A stretch of 35,041 nucleotides of DNA from Bacilli bacterium (GCA_045634565.1 JAZRAM010000001.1:1-35041); one strand, 5' to 3'. Counted from the first letter of the stretch, positions 24,818 to 32,951 are shown. Numbers and translations are program-made. Notes: generated by a model not told the origin, from the letters alone.

Positions 24818-25489
24818 TTACCATATAAATGGAATTAATTTATATTTTACTTTCTCTTTATATTCTTTATATCCTTTTAAATTTTTTTCCAATACTACTT
24901 CTTCATTTTTTATTCTTTTAACAATTATAAATGGATATACTAGAAAAAGAACAAAAGAAATGATAGATCCTAATATTAAAGGTATTGATAAAAATAAGAA
25001 AATAGTTGCTAAATACATAGGATGTCTTACAATTCCATATAATCCTGTATCTATTACTTTTTGTCCTTTTTGAACTTCTATTGTACGTGATAAATAAACA
25101 TTTTCTCTTAATACTTCAGCATATAAAATATAAGAAAAAATAAATATTATAGAACTAATAATTATAACTATATTAGGTAATTCTATCCAATTAAATCTAT
25201 AATTTAAACCCGCTATTACAAAACCAATTATAAACATTAAACCACTTAATTTAACTACTTCTTTTTGTTCACTTTCTTTTTCTTTGGCATTCAATCTACT
25301 TTTTAATAAAGTTGGTGATTTTATCATCATAACTATTCCAGCAATAAACATAGGAATAAATAATAAACAAATAAATAACCATCCGTTAAAATATTTTATA
25401 GTACCTGCTGGTATAAATATTAATAAACAAACTAGTACAAAGCCTAACAAAAACTTTGTTATAGCTTCAAAAAATAATTTTATATTCAT
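24818..25489 (-). CDS. ICMT/PEMT-like membrane methyltransferase family protein
   Basis: Five to six TM segments. The C-terminal motif GLYGIVRHPMYLATIFLFLSIPLILGS is typical of the isoprenylcysteine carboxyl methyltransferase-like family. I prefer the ATG at 25489 after GGAAGGGG. Confidence 0.7.
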   Translation of the reverse strand: MNIKLFFEAITKFLLGFVLVCLLIFIPAGTIKYFNGWLFICLLFIPMFIAGIVMMIKSPTLLKSRLNAKEKESEQKEVVKLSGLMFIIGFVIAGLNYRFNWIELPNIVIIISSIIFIFSYILYAEVLRENVYLSRTIEVQKGQKVIDTGLYGIVRHPMYLATIFLFLSIPLILGSIISFVLFLVYPFIIVKRIKNEEVVLEKNLKGYKEYKEKVKYKLIPFIW

Positions 25490-25522
25490 GAGTACTACCC
25501 CTTCCACTAATTAAATATAACA

Positions 25523-26452
25523 TTAATCTATAGTTATTTTAATATCTCCTGTATCTGTCATAATTTCACATTTTTCATTTGCAATTATTTTTGGAATATC
25601 AATATATCCTGTATCAGTTTCAGCAAAAATAACCTTAGCTGTAAGTAAATTACCAGTAACATTTCCTGTATCTGTTTTTACAAAAATATCACTAGCATCA
25701 CTATGTTTAAATTTTACATCACCTGTATTTGTCTCAATTGAGAATTTTTCTTTTGCAATTACATTTTCCAGAGAAATATTTCCGGTACTTCCTTTAGAAA
25801 ATAGATTTGTACAGTTAGTATTAATTATATTTGTATTTCCAGTAGAAACATTAATTTTAATATTCCCTAAACAATTTACATCTATTATATCTACTTTTCC
25901 AGTTGAAGTAGATAAATCAATATTATTAGCAATCATATTTTCAGTATAAATGTCACCTGTACTAGTTTTTATTTTTATATTCCCATATACAGATGAATAA
26001 TTTGCTATATTTCCTGTATCTACTAAAATATCCACATTTGAAAATTTAAAATCTTTTGGAATATTAATATCTCCCGTACTAGATTCTACCCATAGTTTAC
26101 TATATTCGGTTTTAGATAAATATATCGTTATTTTAGGAGTTTTAAAATTCACAGTTATATATTCATACCATTTTCTGTTATCTTCTACTTCTATCAATAA
26201 AGTATTATCCTTTACTTTAACTGAATGATTTACATTTTTTCGTTCATCACAAACTACTAAACTAGTTTGTTCTTCAGTATACGCAAGCACAATATCTGCA
26301 GTATCAGAGATAATTTTTATATCATTAAAATCATGACTAATCACATGTTCATTAGTTTCTAATTTATTTGTTTTTATTGAATTTACAAAAATTATCCACC
26401 CTACTAAAACAATAAAAATTGAGATAAAAATCCATATAATAGTTTTTTTCAT
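25523..26452 (-). CDS. DUF4097-family beta-strand repeat protein with an N-terminal membrane anchor
   Basis: One N-terminal TM segment (IIWIFISIFIVLVGWIIFV) is followed by about 10 iterations of [ST]TG[DN][IV] (STGDI, DTGNI, STGKV, STGNT, NTGDV, DTGYI...) at roughly 18-25-aa spacing. I prefer the ATG at 26452 after GGAG. Confidence 0.75.
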   Translation of the reverse strand: MKKTIIWIFISIFIVLVGWIIFVNSIKTNKLETNEHVISHDFNDIKIISDTADIVLAYTEEQTSLVVCDERKNVNHSVKVKDNTLLIEVEDNRKWYEYITVNFKTPKITIYLSKTEYSKLWVESSTGDINIPKDFKFSNVDILVDTGNIANYSSVYGNIKIKTSTGDIYTENMIANNIDLSTSTGKVDIIDVNCLGNIKINVSTGNTNIINTNCTNLFSKGSTGNISLENVIAKEKFSIETNTGDVKFKHSDASDIFVKTDTGNVTGNLLTAKVIFAETDTGYIDIPKIIANEKCEIMTDTGDIKITID

Positions 26453-26534
26453 AATCACACTCCATTTATATTTATTCCTCTAATTACATTATATCATAAT
26501 TTTATAATTTATCTTTATTTTGCTTTTTAATAAA

Positions 26535-26565
26535 TAAAAAAATCACTTTTTAAATTAGTGATTTA
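26535..26565 (-). terminator. Intrinsic terminator of ssrA
   Basis: On the minus RNA, AAAUCACU-aauuuaaa-AGUGAUUU is followed by a U-run (plus-strand A-run 26535-26542). Confidence 0.65.
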
Positions 26566-26599
26566 TATATAAAACTTAATTCTTAAGTAAAAATCTTTA

Positions 26600-26943
26600 T
26601 GGTGGAGCCGAGGAGATTCGCACTCCTGTCCAAATACACTAACACAATAACGTCTACAAGTTTAGTTGATTAGTAAATGTCCTACTAAATAAGTTAATCA
26701 ACAAACAATTTAGTAGTAAGTCTATGAAATTCATTATTACTTATAGACATCGTAATAATATATCCTACTAAGTCGAGCCTCAGATAAATCTCGTAGGAAA
26801 AGATTTATTGAAGCAGCCTTCTATATTCTATTAAGCGAAAGCTAATTGATTTCTGTTTCCAGTTATTTAATTTTGGAATTTGACGCATTACCTTACGACT
26901 TGCAATTAGAGCTCAAGTATACCTGTCGAAACTAGACGGCCCC
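26600..26943 (-). ncRNA. ssrA: tmRNA (SsrA), one-piece, about 344 nt
   Basis: The 5' end GGGGCCGTCTAGTTTCGACAGG pairs with the 3' end GGACAGGAGTGCGAATCTCCTCGGCTCCACCA, giving an acceptor stem with a G3-U pair, a T-arm and CCA. The tag reading frame after ...AAAUAACU is GGA AAC AGA AAU CAA UUA GCU UUC GCU UAA UAG, giving (A)GNRNQLAFA. Confidence 0.93.
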
Positions 26944-26952
26944 GTAAGAAGA

Positions 26953-26981
26953 ATTATAGCACTATTTCTTTTAATAGTCAA
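26953..26981 (-). promoter_or_regulatory. Sigma-A promoter of ssrA
   Basis: On the minus strand, TTGACT (26976-81, overlapping the veg stop region), a 17-nt spacer, then TGcTATAAT (-10 at 26953-58), 9 nt before the mature 5' end. Confidence 0.65.
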
Positions 26982-27180
26982 TTCTAATTACTTTAGTCAC
27001 TACATCTATATATGAAAAAGACTTTACACCTAAATCAGTATCAACTAAAAATATATAATCATATAGTTCTTTTATTTTTGCTTCATACTCTTCATACTTA
27101 TTTCTACCTAAATTATATTTAATAGATACTTTATCACCTAGGTGTTCTAACATTTCTTTTTTTACACTTGATATTGTCAT
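26971..27180 (-). CDS. veg: Veg-family protein (DUF1021)
   Basis: The 69-aa sequence has the pattern IK..L...LG..V..K.N.GRNK.EE....I.E.Y...F.V......KSFSY.DV.T....I, matching my memory of B. subtilis Veg. It is adjacent to yabG as in Bacillus. Confidence 0.8.
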   Translation of the reverse strand: MTISSVKKEMLEHLGDKVSIKYNLGRNKYEEYEAKIKELYDYIFLVDTDLGVKSFSYIDVVTKVIRIDY

Positions 27181-27959
27181 CTTGGATACCCCATATACAT
27201 TGTACCTTTAGTAATAATACCACCTATTCCTTCTTTTCCATATTTCGTTGAAGATATTATATCTTTTAAATCTATATCTTTATTTATATCAGCTAAACTC
27301 ATACGACTAGCAATTATTGCAGGATCTAAAGCATGTATATTTATTCTTTTAGGACTAGAAGCAAAATTAGCACCTGCTTTTATAAGTTCTTCATAATCTG
27401 ATTGACAAGCACCTGCTATTATAACAAGTTTCTCATGACTCTTTTCAAACTTTCTTGCTTCTTTTACTGCTTTAACAAAATTAATACTATTCTTATAACT
27501 ATTTATATCATGTACTCCACCCTTTTTCTTATAATATGCATCATGACCTGTTATGACTAATATATTAGGATTATACTCTTCTAAATATTCAGTTATTTTT
27601 TTAGGCACAATATTTTCATCTTCACATATACCCATAGCCATTAAATTAATATTATTATAGTACTTTAAACACCTATCTAAATATTCTCTATCTCCATCTA
27701 TATGAAGTATCTTACCAGGAAGATAAAAGTAATCATCTCTATCTAGTACAGTTGAATCTTTAACTCTTTCTACTACATCTTTATCATCACTCATTTTAAA
27801 ATCTGTTTTAACTAAATCATCCATATCACTATCAGCATATAATCTCACATTAGCACCCTTCAAGTAACAAATATCCTCATCATCAATATCTATTACTTTA
27901 AATATCATATCGTGTTTATGAGATATTCGTGTTACATAATCTCCTACTTTTATATCCAT
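27177..27959 (-). CDS. yabG: Sporulation-specific protease YabG (peptidase U57)
   Basis: LHIDGD, ILVITGHDAYYKKKGG, VIIAGACQSDYEELIKAGANFASSPKRINIHALDP and GIGGIITKG match B. subtilis YabG almost motif for motif. I prefer the start MDIKVGDYV (ATG 27957-59) after GGTGA. Confidence 0.88.
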   Translation of the reverse strand: MDIKVGDYVTRISHKHDMIFKVIDIDDEDICYLKGANVRLYADSDMDDLVKTDFKMSDDKDVVERVKDSTVLDRDDYFYLPGKILHIDGDREYLDRCLKYYNNINLMAMGICEDENIVPKKITEYLEEYNPNILVITGHDAYYKKKGGVHDINSYKNSINFVKAVKEARKFEKSHEKLVIIAGACQSDYEELIKAGANFASSPKRINIHALDPAIIASRMSLADINKDIDLKDIISSTKYGKEGIGGIITKGTMYMGYPR

Positions 27960-27990
27960 ATTATCACCAATAAAGTATATGAACATAATT

Positions 27991-28020
27991 AAAAAAATAG
28001 AATTTAAATTCTATTTTTTT
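27991..28020. terminator. Perfect 30-nt palindromic terminator abutting the surface-protein stop codon
   Basis: aaaaaaatagaatttaaattctattttttt is its own reverse complement, with an A-run on one side and a T-run on the other. The TAA stop of the upstream gene is at 28019-28021. Confidence 0.7.
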
Positions 28021-30124
28021 AATTATGTTTTAAAAATTTACTTTTTTTTCTAATTAATAGAAACAATAGTATACTTATAGATGTTAGTATCATTAAAATT
28101 CCATACTTAAAATTAACACCCGTATCTGGATTTGAAGACTTATCAATAAGCCATGGGGCCGGTCTTAAAATAACATAATAATCTTTATCCATTAAAGTTT
28201 GATAGTTAACGAAATTCAATATTTCTTCCTCATTAGTAGAATTTAATTTTGTATAACCGCCATAAAGATTATAAAAATAATCACAAGTTGCTGAAGCTGA
28301 CAAATTATATTTGTTACAAATCGATTCATCTATATGTTTAGAATATGATTGACCATAATAATTATAAGTAAATTCATTTCTTAAAGTATTATCTGTTCCA
28401 TTTATACCAACAAATTTACCATCAATATATATATACGCATATAAGCCTTCTTCATTAGTAAATTGACTTTCAGTAATATAATATATCAATACATCTCCGT
28501 CTTTAAAATCATTTACATTTATAGTTTTTGCACGTGGTGAAGAATCAAATCTTGGTAGATAATATTTATTATCAGTATGTTTTATAATTCCATTAAAATA
28601 ATCATTTAATATCATTTTAGAAAAAGTTGTATTATTATTAATTTCTTCAGATCTAAAAGCTATTTTAGAAGTTGACTTAGGCGAGTTTCCCACAGTCTTT
28701 GTAAACATATAATCAAAAGAGAATTTTTTTGAAAGATTAAGATTTTCTTTATTAGGATAAACACAACTATAAATTTTATCAATTAATTCTAATCCGTTAT
28801 ATTTTGTTTTGTTTTCGTTATAACATGTACTATACGAATTACTTATTTCAGGAGTTTTCAAATTTATAAAATTTTTAACAGTTCCTGTGGTTAAAAAAAC
28901 TTCACTATCATTTTGAGAATAAAATTTACCTTCTGATTTTATTGTTTCAAAAATATTTTTTTCATCTTCTTTAACCTTTACTTTATATGTTAATTCAACA
29001 CTTTCATTTGGAGCTAAAGAATTAATATTCCATTTTATAGTATTATTGTTGTACTCACCATTCGAAGAAACATATTCAACTTTATTATCTATTGTTTCTT
29101 CTATAACAAAAGCATCATATGATATAGGATTATAATCAACTCCACTTTTATTAGTTACTTTTATTGTATAAGTCAATTCATCCCCAATATTTACACTATT
29201 ATTGTCTCCTGTATTTACTGTTTTTTCTATATATATTCCTGGATATTGTGTACGTAAAGATCCTTTTGAATATTTTTCTGGATCGATATGATAATTAAAT
29301 ATTGCTTTTCCATCCTTTTCATAAAAAGGTCTAATTACAGCACATTCTTCTTCTTGACAGTTCAATTGATTATTCTTATTAAATCGTTTAGAGTCACTTA
29401 ACCATAAAAATTGAACTGATCCTTCAGCACCCACATCTAATATACCGTTATTGCCAATTGGACTTTTAAACATAGTATATGACAATATGCTAGTTCCAGC
29501 AATTCTAGTTCTAATATAATCATCAGCGGTTGAATTTAATATTAAAACATCTTTTTTTCCTGTATTTGGGTTTATAACAACATCATATGCTATGAGTGCA
29601 TGACCTGAATAAACAAATAAGTCTCCAGGTTTTACATTATTTATTAAAGTTTCTAAATCACCGGTATGATTTGTTGTATCAGAATCATTATATAAGTATT
29701 TTATATTTGAACCTTTATTTTGATAATAAATTAAGAAATGACCATCATCACCCTCATTATTTTTTATATAATTATTATAATAATTTGATGCCTGATTACT
29801 TATATCATAATTAAATCTTGGGAATTCTGAAACATCTTTCTTAAAATACATCCCAAATGCTTCTGTATATACGCTATATGTATAAGCCGCACAAACAGAA
29901 TAATTAATATCTTGAGAAGTTGCTTCTTCTGGAGAACCTATTGGATATGAAGTTTTTGAATAATTATATTGTATTAAAGGTCCTTTAATATAATAAGCTG
30001 TCATAGATTCTTTAACAATATTTATTGCTGTATCATAATTACCATACTCACCTGTAATTGTTTCAGCACATACAAGTGTTGGGCTTATAAACAACAGCAA
30101 TAATAATAATTTAAATTTTTTCAT
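28019..30124 (-). CDS. Cell-surface protein: signal peptide, papain-like Cys/His N-terminal domain, DUF11-like Ig-fold repeats, C-terminal NPDTG sorting-signal-like anchor
   Basis: I prefer the start MKKFKLLLLLLFISPTLVCA (ATG 30122-24) after GAGGTGG. A candidate Cys...His pair occurs at YSVCAAYTYSVY and GDLFVYSGHALIAYD. TYTIKVTNKSG and ELTYKVKVKED resemble the conserved repeat domain DUF11. The C-terminus SSNPDTG + GILMILTSISILLFLLI + RKKSK matches sortase-signal architecture. Confidence 0.75.
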   Translation of the reverse strand: MKKFKLLLLLLFISPTLVCAETITGEYGNYDTAINIVKESMTAYYIKGPLIQYNYSKTSYPIGSPEEATSQDINYSVCAAYTYSVYTEAFGMYFKKDVSEFPRFNYDISNQASNYYNNYIKNNEGDDGHFLIYYQNKGSNIKYLYNDSDTTNHTGDLETLINNVKPGDLFVYSGHALIAYDVVINPNTGKKDVLILNSTADDYIRTRIAGTSILSYTMFKSPIGNNGILDVGAEGSVQFLWLSDSKRFNKNNQLNCQEEECAVIRPFYEKDGKAIFNYHIDPEKYSKGSLRTQYPGIYIEKTVNTGDNNSVNIGDELTYTIKVTNKSGVDYNPISYDAFVIEETIDNKVEYVSSNGEYNNNTIKWNINSLAPNESVELTYKVKVKEDEKNIFETIKSEGKFYSQNDSEVFLTTGTVKNFINLKTPEISNSYSTCYNENKTKYNGLELIDKIYSCVYPNKENLNLSKKFSFDYMFTKTVGNSPKSTSKIAFRSEEINNNTTFSKMILNDYFNGIIKHTDNKYYLPRFDSSPRAKTINVNDFKDGDVLIYYITESQFTNEEGLYAYIYIDGKFVGINGTDNTLRNEFTYNYYGQSYSKHIDESICNKYNLSASATCDYFYNLYGGYTKLNSTNEEEILNFVNYQTLMDKDYYVILRPAPWLIDKSSNPDTGVNFKYGILMILTSISILLFLLIRKKSKFLKHN

Positions 30125-30285
30125 AAAAATATCCACCTCTCATATTTATAAATGCATAACAAAATATCTTTCACTACTCTATATTGTTTATAGTATATCA
30201 CATATAATTAATTTTATCAATAAATTATTATAAAACATAAAAGTATAATTTTATGAATTAAATAGAAAATAATAATGGTGATTTT

Positions 30286-30771
30286 ATGCTGATATATCTT
30301 GCTATATTTTTTTGTAAAATTGTTGAGAATGCGATTGGTACTTTAAGGCTTATTGTAGTTGCGAATGGCAAAAAAAAATTAGGTGCTCTCCTTCAAGGTA
30401 TAGTTGCCCTCGTTTGGATATTTGGTACTGGTATTGTTATCGTTAATATAAATAAAGATATTTTTAAGATAGTTATATTTGTTATAGGTTCTATAGCAGG
30501 ATCTTACTTAGGTAGTATTATAGAAGAAAAAATAGCTTTAGGTAGTAATATGCTTATATGTATTACTAAAGAAAAATTTGAAAACGCTATAAAGGAAACA
30601 TTATATGATTATAAAATGACTACTATATGTGAGAAAGATAATAATCACTCTGTATTATTAATAGTATTAAAGAGAAAAGAAATAAGTAAGATTTGTAAAA
30701 CATTAAAAAAGATAGATAAAGATATAGTTATAATAAGTGAAAAGGCAAAAACTATAAATAATATAGTCTAA
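30286..30771 (+). CDS. UPF0316 / DUF2179 membrane protein (YebE-like)
   Basis: The N-terminal membrane part carries the GTLRLIVVANGKK motif, with a C-terminal DUF2179-like soluble domain. Size is 161 aa. RBS GGTGA. Confidence 0.7.
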   Translation: MLIYLAIFFCKIVENAIGTLRLIVVANGKKKLGALLQGIVALVWIFGTGIVIVNINKDIFKIVIFVIGSIAGSYLGSIIEEKIALGSNMLICITKEKFENAIKETLYDYKMTTICEKDNNHSVLLIVLKRKEISKICKTLKKIDKDIVIISEKAKTINNIV

Positions 30772-30785
30772 TATAATATAAGAAA

Positions 30786-30818
30786 AATCACCTAATAAAT
30801 AAAATATATTAGGTGATT
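30786..30818. terminator. Hairpin after the UPF0316 gene
   Basis: Perfect 11-bp arms aatcacctaat / attaggtgatt with an 11-nt loop. A T-run follows only on the minus strand. The 3' arm contains AGGTGA, which could serve as the RBS of the following small ORF. Confidence 0.45.
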
Positions 30819-30820
30819 AT

Positions 30821-30994
30821 ATGGGAAGATGGTTTCGTTGTAGAGGTTTTTGGTGGATATTATTACTAGCTTTTTGTTTCCTTTTATTCTACCAAATTAT
30901 TCTTACCTTTATTATATTTACTAGATTTAACTTCTTCTTAATATTTATATTTTTGGCTTTTATATTTTTTTGTTTTTTTAGGATATTGTGGTAA
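30821..30994 (+). CDS. Possible small hydrophobic protein (57 aa, two predicted TM segments)
   Basis: ATG at 30821 is 4 nt after AGGTGATT. The sequence is MGRWFRCRGFWWILLLAFCFLLFYQIILTFIIFTRFNFFLIFIFLAFIFFCFFRILW. The ORF fills the gap between two hairpins, but the T-rich composition makes a chance ORF plausible. Confidence 0.35.
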   Translation: MGRWFRCRGFWWILLLAFCFLLFYQIILTFIIFTRFNFFLIFIFLAFIFFCFFRILW

Positions 30995-31020
30995 AAAATC
31001 TATTTTTAAATAGATTTTTT
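30993..31020. terminator. Palindromic bidirectional terminator overlapping the ysxE stop
   Basis: aaaaaatctattt-tt-aaatagatttttt has perfect 13-nt arms. The ysxE TAA at 31006-31008 lies inside it. Confidence 0.6.
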
Positions 31021-31884
31021 ATATTGATTTACTAATTCATTACTTTTATAAAGTTTATCTATTTCGTTACTAATTTTAATACACATATTAAACTCAGTAT
31101 CATTAAACTCTATTTTAGAAGGCATATTTATTAATATAAAGAACAAATCTAATTCATATTTTTTTAAAGGATATGTTTGCTCATATCTTTTTAATAGTTC
31201 AAAGAAATCAAAATCTAAAAAGTGATGATTATATAAATTATATAAATCAAATACTGGTATATCTATTTTAGATTTATCCCAACTAACTAAATAGTCATAA
31301 TTATTTCTAATATAGTGAGATAAATCTAAGTTATTGTGTACTATACTTATTCTAAGTTTATTTAATCCTTCTACTTCTTTTAACCAATCTTCTACATATC
31401 CCCTACCAATTTCAATAGATTTAAATATAGCGCTTATATTTCTAGCAAGTAAATATTCACTTGGACTCATAAATACTTTATCATCTATTAAAGATATTAA
31501 ATCATTATAATATTCATATAAATATTCAAAATTATTATGTAGATCTTCATATATTTTTTTATACTCATCTTCACTTATATTTTTATAATGAGTGGTTTTA
31601 CTATGCATAAGGGAAACTAAGTCTATTAAATCTAATATTTTTTGTTCAGGTGGGATATCTATATCTTCTACATATTTAGATACTACATAATCTTCTTTCT
31701 CTATTATTTCAGGATAGTAATCAAAATTTCTAGTATTTAAATAATTATAAATATAATCTTTATTCTTATTTTTTTTTACTACTACTTTACCTATATTAGT
31801 ATCAGCAATTATAACGTTGCCACTTCTTTTATAACTTAAAGCTCTTATATCGTTCTTCTTTAATAGTTCACTAATTTCCTTCAT
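31006..31884 (-). CDS. ysxE: YsxE/CotS-like spore coat protein (kinase-like fold)
   Basis: A 292-aa protein directly downstream of, and overlapping by 14 nt, a SpoVID-like gene, mirroring the B. subtilis spoVID-ysxE operon. The region SIVHNNLDLSHYI...DWDKS-like (VSWDKSKIDIPVFDLY) resembles the CotS/aminoglycoside-phosphotransferase-like family. Assignment rests mainly on synteny. Confidence 0.55.
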   Translation of the reverse strand: MKEISELLKKNDIRALSYKRSGNVIIADTNIGKVVVKKNKNKDYIYNYLNTRNFDYYPEIIEKEDYVVSKYVEDIDIPPEQKILDLIDLVSLMHSKTTHYKNISEDEYKKIYEDLHNNFEYLYEYYNDLISLIDDKVFMSPSEYLLARNISAIFKSIEIGRGYVEDWLKEVEGLNKLRISIVHNNLDLSHYIRNNYDYLVSWDKSKIDIPVFDLYNLYNHHFLDFDFFELLKRYEQTYPLKKYELDLFFILINMPSKIEFNDTEFNMCIKISNEIDKLYKSNELVNQYKKSI

Positions 31885-32551
31885 AACTATTAGGTATAAT
31901 TAATTTATCTCCTAATTTTAAATTACTTAAATCATTGTATTTTTCTAATTCATCCTGAGTAACATTATATTTTTCCATAATACTATCTAATGTATCCCCA
32001 TCTCTTATTATAAATACATTATAAGTTACATAAACTTCATCATTAAATGTTCCATTACTAAAAATTGAATTAATTTTTTCTTCTATATTTTCAACATTTC
32101 TTTTTGGTAAAGTATCTTCCTCTTCAACACATCTTTCTTCTACACTATTTTCCATTTCTTCTTCCTCCAAATCTAATACTGTTCTTACAGGGGTCACATC
32201 TACTAAATCTTCCATTTCTATCAGTGGCTTTTCCTGTAAGTGATCTACTAATACATCTATTGATACAGATAAAACATTATTGTTTACTATTTCATAATAA
32301 AAATCATCTATATCAATTGTCGCTTTACTAGTTTCAAATCTATCATCTAAAACTATTTCAAATGGAATATTTAAGTTAAATGGTTCAACACTAGTACTTT
32401 TATCAGTTACTTTATAATCTCCACTTATTATAAATTCTCCACTTATTGTATCATCTTTTAAATTTAAAGTATTTTCTAAAGAGATACTAGTTATTTCACT
32501 TAAACTAGTTTTAAAAATTACGTCTTTTTTAAATGGTATTATATTTTTCAT
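31871..32551 (-). CDS. spoVID: Stage VI sporulation protein D-like (SPOCS-like N-domain, acidic linker, C-terminal LysM)
   Basis: C-terminal LysM (YNVFIIRDGDTLDSIMEKYNVTQDELEKYNDLSNLKLGDKLIIP). Acidic stretch LDLEEEEMENSVEERCVEEEDT. The N-terminal IPFKKDVIFKTSLSEITSISLE...ISGEFIISGDYKV is like the SpoVID N-domain. I prefer the second ATG (32549-51), 6 nt after AGGAG. Confidence 0.65.
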   Translation of the reverse strand: MKNIIPFKKDVIFKTSLSEITSISLENTLNLKDDTISGEFIISGDYKVTDKSTSVEPFNLNIPFEIVLDDRFETSKATIDIDDFYYEIVNNNVLSVSIDVLVDHLQEKPLIEMEDLVDVTPVRTVLDLEEEEMENSVEERCVEEEDTLPKRNVENIEEKINSIFSNGTFNDEVYVTYNVFIIRDGDTLDSIMEKYNVTQDELEKYNDLSNLKLGDKLIIPNSYEGN

Positions 32552-32612
32552 AAACATCTCCTATCAATAAATGTTATGAAGTTTTTTTGTAATTATGAAA
32601 AAAAGATTATAA

Positions 32613-32951
32613 TTATTTACAACTATAATCATAAGTTTCGTATTGCTCTTTTATTTCTTCTTTGCTACCATCTAATTTTATTTCACCATCTAATTCAGAT
32701 ATTATTTTATTTTGCTCTAATACAAGATTATACTCTTCTACATAGGCATCTATATCTTTAAAATAATCAGATGCACTTTCATTATCTTTAAATACCATTA
32801 TGTCTTCCTGTTTATAAGTATTATCTTTAAAATTAAAAACTATTTTATTATTTATACTTATATCTTCATATTTTTCTTCATAAGAACAAGTAAGTTTTTT
32901 AGAACAACCACAAACTAATAATAACACTACTAATAACATTATTTTTTTCAT
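32613..32951 (-). CDS. Small lipoprotein, function unknown
   Basis: MKKIMLLVVLLLVCGCSKK gives a signal peptide with a lipobox-like VCGC. RBS GGTGA. Confidence 0.7.
   Translation of the reverse strand: MKKIMLLVVLLLVCGCSKKLTCSYEEKYEDISINNKIVFNFKDNTYKQEDIMVFKDNESASDYFKDIDAYVEEYNLVLEQNKIISELDGEIKLDGSKEEIKEQYETYDYSCK

Noticed and set aside
25523-26452. Nucleotide-level tandem repeat or CRISPR-like periodicity in the 25.5-26.4 kb region
   Set aside because: The periodic cctgtatc/actagt-like strings are the codons of the recurring [ST]TG[DN][IV] beta-strand motif of one continuous DUF4097 ORF. The units are not identical and there is no spacer structure.
22610-26599. Genomic island integrated between tRNA-Cys and tmRNA
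   Set aside because: Both are classic att sites. However, I found no integrase or recombinase, no phage or conjugation genes, and no direct repeat of the tRNA-Cys or ssrA 3' end anywhere in the interval. The content is membrane and metabolic-type genes.
27960-27990. Sigma-K-type promoter (AC...CATAnnnTA) upstream of yabG
   Set aside because: Only a partial CATATACTT match is present, with no convincing -35 element. This is too weak to report as a feature.
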